A stretch of DNA of 64,000 nt from contig CAIVRE010000020.1 in NCBI GenBank assembly GCA_903908245.1, positions 2,758-66,757 on the forward strand, read 5' to 3'. Under the pieces are notes generated by a model. That model had not been told where the DNA came from and ran no database searches. It worked only from the letters and a program-made list of their open reading frames with translations. The DNA comes from Candidatus Omnitrophota bacterium. Its GTDB lineage: Bacteria > Omnitrophota > Gorgyraeia > Zapsychrales > Fredricksoniimonadaceae. Position 1 is the first letter of the stretch, and the number at the start of each line of letters is the position of its first letter. This document shows positions 9,015 through 17,516 of this stretch, one piece after another. Made by a program: the position numbers and the translations under genes.

Positions 9015-10237
9015 ACAGCTCCCTTTCTTTTGAACATCATCAGAGGCAACAACAATACAGCCATCGCCAACAATCCCACAACACCTACCAGAGGCATATC
9101 CCACAAAAAGACTTTTCCCCCGTATAAAATATTATTAACATCAAACACCAGCGAGGAGACACGATCGATGATCGCCCAAAACAACGGGATCAATTTCAAA
9201 ACAAAAAGATATTTCAAGAAAACCCACAACAAAGAAATATCAGAACTAAAGAACACAAATACCAGAAAAAATGGGAATGCCGCCCATACACTCCAAAGGC
9301 ACGCTCCATACAGGACCGGAAAGACCGACAGCCAGACACGGCTCATCTGGTCCACCATAGCGCCCGCTCTGACATTTAAAGTCATGCTGCGGGCCTGAGC
9401 GGTCTCCTTCTGCCCCGAAAAACTCATGGCCGTATATGCCCATGAAGCATGGGCGGCATCCGCCTCTATTAACGCACGCACTGCCGCGTCTTTTAAGGAA
9501 CTGCCGTCATAATAATCGCGTGAAACCCTTTCAAATAACTCATCCTTGTTGATGAACGTATAAATAGCATCTTCCAACACCCTCCAATCGGATGCAGCCT
9601 GAGACGTATATAACGGAAGAATTTCCTCAGAACCTGGCCATAATGACTGTCCAACCAAAGGATCTTTTTCATTGAGCGTACGCAAGGCCTGAAAATAATG
9701 ATCCTGATAGAAATTAACCAGTTTCTCTTTTAACAACTGATCATTAAGACCCGCCATCAATCGATCCCGTGTCAACAACCAAAACTTAGACGTAGAAAAA
9801 GGCTCTTTCAGGAAACTTGCATTATGACCACGCGCCCGATCAACCACCGAGATCATGCCATTAGTGAAAGCGGACATTCCTTCTGCGAGAAACACTACTA
9901 CGGGACTTGCCAAAAGTTGATCGATCCCGGCCTTCCTTAATATGTCATCAGTCCTGATTTGAACGTACCCGCCCCCTTCCATACCAGAAAGCGGCAGTCT
10001 TAGGGGCGTCCTCGGCATGATCAGCAGAAACAAAAAGGAAAAGAATATCGAACAAAAGAATATGACTGAGGAAAAATTTGCATTCTTCAAAGAACGCGAC
10101 ATAGAAAAAAGAAAACCGGAAACAAAAATAACCTTTCCTGCCAATGTCTCAATAAAAATATACCTCATCAAGGCTGAAGATTGATGAAGCCCAATCAATT
10201 CGAATGCGTTGTCAATTGGTGTTATTCCACAAGTCAT
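9011..10237 (-). CDS. Polytopic membrane protein, first gene of the operon. A VirB6/TraG-N-like role is possible.
   Basis: 408 aa. Transmembrane helices sit at both ends and flank a ~250 aa soluble domain. It is translationally coupled to the pilin gene. Confidence 0.4.
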   Translation of the reverse strand: MTCGITPIDNAFELIGLHQSSALMRYIFIETLAGKVIFVSGFLFSMSRSLKNANFSSVIFFCSIFFSFLFLLIMPRTPLRLPLSGMEGGGYVQIRTDDILRKAGIDQLLASPVVVFLAEGMSAFTNGMISVVDRARGHNASFLKEPFSTSKFWLLTRDRLMAGLNDQLLKEKLVNFYQDHYFQALRTLNEKDPLVGQSLWPGSEEILPLYTSQAASDWRVLEDAIYTFINKDELFERVSRDYYDGSSLKDAAVRALIEADAAHASWAYTAMSFSGQKETAQARSMTLNVRAGAMVDQMSRVWLSVFPVLYGACLWSVWAAFPFFLVFVFFSSDISLLWVFLKYLFVLKLIPLFWAIIDRVSSLVFDVNNILYGGKVFLWDMPLVGVVGLLAMAVLLLPLMMFKRKGAV

Positions 10238-10349
10238 GATTTCCTATCAAATCTTAATTGATTAAACATCAATAGATATACGACAAGAAGCCAAAAAATA
10301 CAAGAACTATTTTTATCTTTCATCAAATTATTTGATTTATTAACAACTA
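10238..10349 (-). promoter_or_regulatory. AT-rich upstream region, the probable promoter of the type IV secretion/secretin operon.
   Basis: This is the only sizeable non-coding gap, about 110 nt and AT-rich, before the 10-kb run of overlapping minus-strand genes. Confidence 0.35.
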
Positions 10350-11645
10350 CTACGAAGTATGCGACGAGGATCGAAGAATTTGCTCACGCAACAAAACGAA
10401 CTCACCGGGGTCTTGAGGAAAAGGAATATAACAAAAATGCAGTCCGCCATGGATCGCGCTCACCGAATGGCCTTTATCATCAAATAACTCTTTTACTTCA
10501 AGCGCAACATTCCTGTCGGGAAGGCAGAGCTCATACGCCTGCCCGCATTTGATCGGATTGCGCGGCTCGACCTTGAGCATTTTCTTGATCTGGTCATACC
10601 CCCTCACAATACCGGTAAAACGATACCCGCTGTACGCTGAATTGCTGTTGGAATACTCAACAGCGCCGGGGCCAGGATCACCGTGCAGGAACCCTTCGGT
10701 AAACCCACGCGCAGAGGTCGCAAAAATATCGCTCATATGCTCTTCATTGAACGGCTGGCCCTTAACAAGATCATCGATCGCCCGGCGATACGCCCGTGTG
10801 ACCATGGCTATATAATAAACCGTCTTGGAACGCCCTTCCACCTTGAACGCACCAATCCCCGCCGCCTGAAGCTCCCCCAGGCACCTGATCGCGCACAGGT
10901 CTTTGGCATTCATCAGGTACGCTCCATGCTCATCCTCCTCGATGGGAAAAAGCATCCCCTTGCGCTCCGACTCCTCCAGGTAAAACTCATCCTTGAGCGG
11001 CACATAATCGTCGCCATGCTTTGTCTTGGCCACCTTATACTGCCAGCGGCAGGAATTGGTGCAAACACCCTGGTTGGAATCGCGATGGGTCAAATAATTG
11101 GAAATAAGGCAGCGCCCGGAATAGGCGATACACACCGCGCCGTGCACGAACGACTCAAGCTCAAGCCCGGGGCAGGCATCGCGAATGACTTTCATTTCAG
11201 CTATCGATATTTCACGGGAAAGGATGATCCGGCTCGCGCCAATGTTCTGCCAGAATTTAGCCGACGCATAGTTGATCACATTAGACTGGACCGAAATATG
11301 AATTGCTTCCGACGGGAAATGCTCACGCATCAGCATGATGAGCCCCGGGTCCGCCATGATCCAGGCATCGGGCTTGCAGGCCGAACAGATATCTTTCACC
11401 AAACGGATAAAACCAGGGACCTTGCTGTTATGGGAAAGAATATTGGCCGTAACATAAACCTTCCGGCCCAGGCGATGCGCGTAAGCCACCGCTTCCGCGA
11501 CTTGCGCAACGTCCTTAAACCCGTTCTCCCTCGCGCGCAGTGAAAAACGCGGGATCCCCAGATACACCGCATCCGCGCCGAACGCGAAAGCATAGCGCAT
11601 CTTTTCCATGTCACCGGCGGGGATCAAAAGCTCGGGGATGCGCAC
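10350..11645 (-). CDS. Peptidase of the U32 family (collagenase-like).
   Basis: 431 aa. It carries U32 motifs: E...GADAVY, and a cysteine-rich CxxxC..C region (GVCTNSCRW). Confidence 0.75.
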   Translation of the reverse strand: MRIPELLIPAGDMEKMRYAFAFGADAVYLGIPRFSLRARENGFKDVAQVAEAVAYAHRLGRKVYVTANILSHNSKVPGFIRLVKDICSACKPDAWIMADPGLIMLMREHFPSEAIHISVQSNVINYASAKFWQNIGASRIILSREISIAEMKVIRDACPGLELESFVHGAVCIAYSGRCLISNYLTHRDSNQGVCTNSCRWQYKVAKTKHGDDYVPLKDEFYLEESERKGMLFPIEEDEHGAYLMNAKDLCAIRCLGELQAAGIGAFKVEGRSKTVYYIAMVTRAYRRAIDDLVKGQPFNEEHMSDIFATSARGFTEGFLHGDPGPGAVEYSNSNSAYSGYRFTGIVRGYDQIKKMLKVEPRNPIKCGQAYELCLPDRNVALEVKELFDDKGHSVSAIHGGLHFCYIPFPQDPGEFVLLREQILRSSSHTS

Positions 11646-11648
11646 AGA

Positions 11649-13592
11649 TCAATCGCCCTTGAACTGCTTGAGAGCCTCCGCCTGAAACCCGGGAGGCATA
11701 TGGTCGAAACGGGTAAAAACACTCATGCTGCTTTTCATGGTCCTGATAAAAGGCGTTCCGTTAACAACGCGAATGCCTTCTTCTTTCTTGGTATCATAAA
11801 CCAGCATACACGGGTCAAATGCCCCTCGGGGAAGCGGCGCGCTGGCTGATGGATTGTCCACCTTGACATGCTCTATCCGTAAATTCCTGACCCCTGCTTC
11901 TTTTATAAAGACCCACATCGGATATTCCCAGGAATCCCCCGTCAAGACCAGTCCGATATCCTTGCACTGGTATTGCGTCACTTGCTGGCTCAAAGCCACG
12001 TATACCGGATACACCGCCGACCAATGGTTGAAATACTGCTGTTCCCTTGAAACATTGAAAATATTCTTCTGTGCGATCAAAGGCCGCACGGAATTGCCGA
12101 ATACCCATGGCAATGCCGCAACCAGTAAAAAGCCCGATACAACGACCGCCGCCTTGCGGCTGACGGCATTCTCAAGGACCAGCGCCGCCCATGGAGCCAG
12201 CAACACAAAGACCGGTAAATGATAACGGCAACTGAATGGAGACCACTGGACCATCACAACAAACAAAACAAATCCCGCTATAACCGCCAATGCATATTCT
12301 TTGGCAACGGACGGAACCTTGCGCGCATACCGCCAGGCCAAAACCCCGGCGATCAAATACAACAGCAAGTGGGCTGCGTTACCCGCCACATCCTCATTAA
12401 GAGGAGAATGCAGGTCAAACGGGGCCGCCTCCCCCATCAAGGCCCGCGCATCATTGCTCTGGCCGATACCCCCAAGGATCCCGTTCACGCCTGATGAAAC
12501 AAACCTGTTCGCGCCATCCCATGGCGTCGAAAGCTGCATACCCGCGCTCCGCACCATATTCCCCAGTGTTCGTCCACCCAGGTCGCTCCAGGAAAGGACA
12601 TGGGCTGATTCAGACGGAGGAATGATCGTCCGGGTCAACGACAGATTACGGGTGTAATAAAACACATTCAACCCCAGCGCCAACAAAAGAATACCTGCCG
12701 CCAACAAGATACCCTTTAGAGCTCCATTTTTCCTGGCGATCATCACAGCAAACCATCCCAACAGCACCAGGCCGTAAAAATATGGGGTCCCCTTTACAAA
12801 GAACGCCAGTCCAAGAGCCACACTAGCGGAAAACAAGAAAAACCGACGGCCCGTGCGGACAAAGAGCAATCCGGAAACAACGAACGCAATAAGTCCCAGC
12901 GCTGCCAGATAATCATTCTGCGTGCTGTTAGACTGAAGGATCCCCATCGGGATCGCTGCCGCTATGGCCACAGACATCACCTGCCCCAACCGCCCTGCTC
13001 CCAAAAGCTGGGCGATCAAAGAAACCCCTGCCAGGCTCAACACCATCGCGCCCCATTGCACCACAGGCGCCCAGCGGTCCCCCCCGGACAGGATCTGAAA
13101 ATGCAGGATACAATAAGACCCGAACGCAGGCAAATTCAACTGTTTGATCATGGATGTCGGATAGTTTGCCACCGTTCCGTCCTGGATCCAATGCATGACC
13201 CTCGCCATATGCGTCGTCATCGAATCCCATGTGTTGGGAGGCGCGACCACAGCAATTAAAAAACTTGCCGCAACGATCCCTGCTGCCCCCCATAACAACC
13301 CCGTTTCAAAACGGTCAAAAGAAACCGCCCCAAAAGACCGGACATCTTTCTTACTGCCACGATACCTGATCCACGATCCCAATCCGGCGCACACCGATAA
13401 CCACCAAACAAACACCGGCCAGAAACTCAACCCCTGGAACATACTTAACAATTCTGTCGCGCATAACAATAAGCCGCCCCACAGGACAGCGCCCAAGAGG
13501 ACAGCCGTACGGCGCATACCGGCCTCCGCCGGCAAAAACTGCCAGCAAAAGAACATGCAGAGGAGCAATGCAACAATAAGGATCCCTGTCAT
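11649..13592 (-). CDS. Membrane glycosyltransferase with a GT-C fold, ArnT/PMT (GT39)-like.
   Basis: 647 aa. About 12 transmembrane helices are followed by a C-terminal soluble domain, the typical architecture of PMT_2 family proteins. Confidence 0.45.
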   Translation of the reverse strand: MTGILIVALLLCMFFCWQFLPAEAGMRRTAVLLGAVLWGGLLLCATELLSMFQGLSFWPVFVWWLSVCAGLGSWIRYRGSKKDVRSFGAVSFDRFETGLLWGAAGIVAASFLIAVVAPPNTWDSMTTHMARVMHWIQDGTVANYPTSMIKQLNLPAFGSYCILHFQILSGGDRWAPVVQWGAMVLSLAGVSLIAQLLGAGRLGQVMSVAIAAAIPMGILQSNSTQNDYLAALGLIAFVVSGLLFVRTGRRFFLFSASVALGLAFFVKGTPYFYGLVLLGWFAVMIARKNGALKGILLAAGILLLALGLNVFYYTRNLSLTRTIIPPSESAHVLSWSDLGGRTLGNMVRSAGMQLSTPWDGANRFVSSGVNGILGGIGQSNDARALMGEAAPFDLHSPLNEDVAGNAAHLLLYLIAGVLAWRYARKVPSVAKEYALAVIAGFVLFVVMVQWSPFSCRYHLPVFVLLAPWAALVLENAVSRKAAVVVSGFLLVAALPWVFGNSVRPLIAQKNIFNVSREQQYFNHWSAVYPVYVALSQQVTQYQCKDIGLVLTGDSWEYPMWVFIKEAGVRNLRIEHVKVDNPSASAPLPRGAFDPCMLVYDTKKEEGIRVVNGTPFIRTMKSSMSVFTRFDHMPPGFQAEALKQFKGD

Positions 13593-13621
13593 AACCTCAA
13601 TCTTTCCTGTTGTAAGTCATC

Positions 13622-14479
13622 TCAACCCAATGACGGCGAAAACCCGTCGAGCGAATCCAGGGTGAACTCAATGCCTGCCGTATCCGTATGCCGCCGGGCC
13701 AGGCCAGCCGGCGGAACAACAACCAGCCTGATCATATACACGCTGCTGGATCCATAATACAGGCGGAATGTTGAACCGGGATGAAAAACAGGGCTTCTTA
13801 AAACCTTTTGCAATTTAGGAAAAAGGCGCTGCAACAGATACTTGACCCGGCCCTGGGCCGCAATATCACGCAATAATATTTCATCGACCAGTATCTCCTC
13901 CCCCAGCCAGCCCTTCCTGAAATCTCCCTCGCCCTGGACAATGACCTTTACACTGATCTCGCCGGCAAAAGACAGGGGGGTCTTTTCGATCAAACGCCCC
14001 ATCAACTGGCCTGTCATATCCCAGGCCTTCACCATATCAAGGAATTCTCCCGCCTGTTGAACAGCCCCCTCTCCCTCCAATACCGGGAACCACTGCAACC
14101 ACGCCGCGCTGATCCTAGCCCAGATATCCCCCAAAGACGGATCCACTCCGACGGCTCTGTGCATTATATTGCTGACCTCGACCCGCGCGTCATAGGGGAT
14201 CTCTTTAATAAAGCGGGCCTCAAGGGCCGAAGAGGGGTCTTTCGGGTGACGATGCCATACATAGAGCATGGTGCCATCACTCCTGATGATCATCCCGCTG
14301 GAAGCGCCAGGCTTCTGCAAAGGCACAACCAGCCCGTCGTCAACGATCACCTCGACCGGATCAATGCCATGGTCCATTGCCGAAGGAAGGCTCATGGTGA
14401 CCGCGTGATGGCTAAGCCGACGGGGAAATCTCCCCTCATCGACAAACCCGAACTCCTGCAACCGGCCTTGAGGGATCAT
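13622..14479 (-). CDS. Hypothetical protein.
   Basis: 285 aa ORF. A 4-nt overlap with the upstream cysteine-rich small ORF indicates coupling. No recognisable motif. Confidence 0.35.
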   Translation of the reverse strand: MIPQGRLQEFGFVDEGRFPRRLSHHAVTMSLPSAMDHGIDPVEVIVDDGLVVPLQKPGASSGMIIRSDGTMLYVWHRHPKDPSSALEARFIKEIPYDARVEVSNIMHRAVGVDPSLGDIWARISAAWLQWFPVLEGEGAVQQAGEFLDMVKAWDMTGQLMGRLIEKTPLSFAGEISVKVIVQGEGDFRKGWLGEEILVDEILLRDIAAQGRVKYLLQRLFPKLQKVLRSPVFHPGSTFRLYYGSSSVYMIRLVVVPPAGLARRHTDTAGIEFTLDSLDGFSPSLG

Positions 14480-14694
14480 CCTTTTACCGACTCCATGAAT
14501 TTGGCTTTGCTGCGGTCAAACGTTTTCTCTGCATCCCGCGGGAAAAAACACCCCGGGATCGCCCCTTTGGCACGGTGGTAAGTCACACATTCACAACAGA
14601 CCCCTTTGCGTGAACATCCCGGATATGTGCATGTGCAATCTTTTAAATTATGCTCTTTCAGGCATTCCATATTCCCCTCACATATCCAGGCCAA
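14476..14694 (-). CDS. Small cysteine-rich protein.
   Basis: 72 aa carrying CxC...C...CCxC...C motifs (DCTCTYPGCSRKGVCCECVTYH), probably metal-binding. Confidence 0.45.
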   Translation of the reverse strand: MAWICEGNMECLKEHNLKDCTCTYPGCSRKGVCCECVTYHRAKGAIPGCFFPRDAEKTFDRSKAKFMESVKG

Positions 14695-14700
14695 GGATTA

Positions 14701-14734
14701 AAACAAAAGCCCCGCTGTCAAAACACGGGGCTTT
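14701..14734 (-). terminator. Rho-independent terminator downstream of fba.
   Basis: GCCCCG(ctgtcaaaaca)CGGGGC hairpin flanked by A- and T-runs. Confidence 0.6.
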
Positions 14735-14753
14735 TGATCATTTCAACCACATC

Positions 14754-15764
14754 TTATACCCTGCCGGCAGAACCAAGAACTTTCTCGTTCTTCTGCTTGT
14801 AAACCGAGACCAACGCGTCACGCGCGGGGCCGAGGTATTTGCGCGGGTCAAATTCCGCGGGAGCTTCCGCAAAAACCTTACGGATGACCGCTGTCATCGC
14901 GAGGCGACCGTCGGAATCGATATTGATCTTGCACACCGCCGACTTGGCCGCGCGGCGCAGCTGCTCTTCAGGGATCCCAACCGCCGCCTGCAGCTTACCG
15001 CCGAATTTATTGATCATCTGCACATATTCCGGCATGACCGAGCTCGACCCGTGCAGGACGATGGGAAAACCGGGGATACGCTTCTCGATCTCTTCAAGGA
15101 TATCAAAACGCAGCGGCGGCGGGACCAGCACACCCGTTTTGGGATCAAGCGTGCACTGGGAAGGCTTGAACTTATAGGCGCCATGCGATGTGCCGATCGA
15201 AATAGCCAGCGAATCAACGCCGGTCTTCTTTACAAAATCCTCAACCTGGTCCGGATGCGTATACACCGACGCCGCGGCCACCACATCATCCTCGATCCCG
15301 GCCAGAACACCCAGCTCGGCTTCCACCGTAACATCATGTTTGTGGGCGAACTCTACCACCTGCTTGGCGAGTTCGACATTCTTCTCGTAGGGATAGTGGG
15401 AACCATCGATCATAACCGACGAGAATCCGGACTCAATACACTGCTTGGCTAATTCAAAAGTGTCTCCATGGTCCAGATGCAGAGCGATCGGGATCTCTTT
15501 AAGATTCTTGGCCTTGGCCATCTCTTTCATCATCTCGACCGCACCTTTGGCCATCCAGGTCAAAAGCGTGGCATTGGCATATTTACGCGCACCCGAAGAA
15601 ACCTGCAGGATCACCGGTGACTGCGTCTCAACGCAGGCCGTAATGACCGCCTGGATCTGCTCCATATTGTTGAAATTATACGCGGGAATGGCATAGCCAC
15701 CCTTGAACGCCTTCTGGAACATTTCTTTTGTATTTGAAAGACCAAGCTCCTTGTACGAAACCAT
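14754..15764 (-). CDS. fba: Fructose-bisphosphate aldolase, class II.
   Basis: 336 aa. Full-length similarity to class II FBA, including the LHLDHG zinc site. Confidence 0.9.
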   Translation of the reverse strand: MVSYKELGLSNTKEMFQKAFKGGYAIPAYNFNNMEQIQAVITACVETQSPVILQVSSGARKYANATLLTWMAKGAVEMMKEMAKAKNLKEIPIALHLDHGDTFELAKQCIESGFSSVMIDGSHYPYEKNVELAKQVVEFAHKHDVTVEAELGVLAGIEDDVVAAASVYTHPDQVEDFVKKTGVDSLAISIGTSHGAYKFKPSQCTLDPKTGVLVPPPLRFDILEEIEKRIPGFPIVLHGSSSVMPEYVQMINKFGGKLQAAVGIPEEQLRRAAKSAVCKINIDSDGRLAMTAVIRKVFAEAPAEFDPRKYLGPARDALVSVYKQKNEKVLGSAGRV

Positions 15765-15795
15765 AAAGACTCCTATCGTTGATTAGTTATTAAGA

Positions 15796-16608
15796 TCAAT
15801 AAAGGCCGTAACCACCCATAATAATATCAATAAGCCGTTCGCCCCAGAAAAGGCTGACCAGCGCCCCGATCACAAGATACGGCCCGTAGGCGATCGTACT
15901 GTCCTTGGTACGGATCTTCTCGATGATCCCCACGACCGCGCCGAAGAACGGAGCAACAAAAAATGTCAACAGCGCCATTTTCCACCCCATGAACGCGCCA
16001 ACCATTGCCATCAGCTTCACATCCCCGCCGCCCATGGCTTCTTTCTTGAAGATCCACTCGCCCAAAAGCCCCATCAGGTAAATGGACCCACCGCCGACCA
16101 GAACCCCGAGCCCGGAATACAGCAGGGCCTGCCACCAGACAGCCGTATGATGCAACTGAGGGACCAAAGGGCTGATAATAAGCCCTGCCACCATCCCCCC
16201 CACACTGACCTCATCGGGGATGATCCGCTCGTCAAAGTCCGTGAACGTCGCCACAATAAAGCAAGACAACATTATCAGATACGGCAAAAGCTCCAGCGTA
16301 AGGCCATAATACATATAAAGGCCAAAGAAAACACAGCCGGTCAGCAGCTCGATAAAGAAATACCTGACAGAGAACGGAGCGCCACACGCGCGGCATCTCC
16401 CGCGCAAAAGCCAATAACTGATCAGCGGAATATTATCATACCACTGGACCGGCTTGCCGCACTTAAAACAATGCGAACCAGGGGAAACAACAGACTGTTC
16501 TTTAGGAAGGCGGACAATGCAGACATTAAGAAAACTGCCGATCATGGCCCCGGACAAAAAGAACAATACACGGTAAAAGAGATCGATCGTCATGACTTCG
16601 TATAACAC
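15796..16608 (-). CDS. pilD: Prepilin peptidase (A24 family), PilD.
   Basis: N-terminal CxxC...CxxC zinc motif (CFKCG...CRACG). Polytopic, with a GGGDVKLM catalytic region. Confidence 0.85.
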   Translation of the reverse strand: MLYEVMTIDLFYRVLFFLSGAMIGSFLNVCIVRLPKEQSVVSPGSHCFKCGKPVQWYDNIPLISYWLLRGRCRACGAPFSVRYFFIELLTGCVFFGLYMYYGLTLELLPYLIMLSCFIVATFTDFDERIIPDEVSVGGMVAGLIISPLVPQLHHTAVWWQALLYSGLGVLVGGGSIYLMGLLGEWIFKKEAMGGGDVKLMAMVGAFMGWKMALLTFFVAPFFGAVVGIIEKIRTKDSTIAYGPYLVIGALVSLFWGERLIDIIMGGYGLY

Positions 16609-17516
16609 GCCTTGTATAGTTCATCCCACATCTTCTTCTTCAGCGGCTCCGACAACTGGATCTCCGCCCAATGCTGGAATGCCAGCACCCCCTGATAAAA
16701 AAGCATTTTAAGGCCGTTGACCGTCTTTGCGCCTTTGGACTTTGCCAGCTTCAGCAACTTTGTTTCCGAAGGATTATACACCAGATCATAAACCATTAAA
16801 TGCGAATGTAATAATTCTTCGTTGACCAGGCATGGATCGGAATTGTTCATCCCTATCGGTGTTGCATTGATCAAAAGGTCCGCCAGCTCAATATTAAGCT
16901 CGTCAATAGTCCCCACCACCTTCACGCAACCGACATCAATACGGGCTCCGAGGTCACGCACCAGGGCATTGACCCTCCGGGGGTCGATATCATAGATCAG
17001 GATCGATGCCGGACGGGTATCAATAAGGCAAAGGCTTGCCACAACAGCCCGCGCCGCGCCACCCGCGCCAAGGATCGACACCCTTTTCCCTGACGGATCA
17101 AACCCTTCTTCGGTCAGATGCGCCAGGAACCCGGGGCCGTCCGTATTATACCCTTTCAAACGGCGGGCGGCATCAATGACCACCGTGTTAACCGCTCCCG
17201 CTTTCTGCGCGAACCCGTCAACAGCATCAAGAAAAGGGATCACCGCCTCTTTATGAGGAACGGTCACATTCAGACCGAAAATATGACTATCTTTTTCCTT
17301 AAGGGCATTGAAGAACGCGCCGAGCTCCTCCTGCTTCATCGGAAAAAGACAGTACTCGGCATCCACCTCCAGCGCCTTGAACGCCGCATTATGCATGACC
17401 GGTGACAAGCTGTGCCCCAACGGATACCCGACAAGGCCATAAGTGGACTTCAATGTCATGGCTGCAACCCGAACGCAATATCGTTCTTCCTGGTCTTCGC
17501 TTTGGCCGCGGCGCAT
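16590..17516 (-). CDS. aroE: Shikimate dehydrogenase. The real start is probably the internal Met near 17459.
   Basis: GYPLGHSLSPVMHNAAF and NVTVPHK motifs. Confidence 0.85.
   Translation of the reverse strand: MRRGQSEDQEERYCVRVAAMTLKSTYGLVGYPLGHSLSPVMHNAAFKALEVDAEYCLFPMKQEELGAFFNALKEKDSHIFGLNVTVPHKEAVIPFLDAVDGFAQKAGAVNTVVIDAARRLKGYNTDGPGFLAHLTEEGFDPSGKRVSILGAGGAARAVVASLCLIDTRPASILIYDIDPRRVNALVRDLGARIDVGCVKVVGTIDELNIELADLLINATPIGMNNSDPCLVNEELLHSHLMVYDLVYNPSETKLLKLAKSKGAKTVNGLKMLFYQGVLAFQHWAEIQLSEPLKKKMWDELYKACYTKS

Noticed and set aside
10683-11543. Many long antisense or shadow ORFs overlapping confirmed genes. Examples are 550..855+, 10683..11543+, 14610..15452+, 17402..18202+, 21180..21989+, 22656..23477+, 24790..25509+, 33903..34781-, 40682..41170+ and 45530..46015+.
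   Set aside because: They lie opposite well-supported conserved genes in GC-rich coding sequence, and their products have no recognisable motifs. They are typical spurious shadow ORFs.
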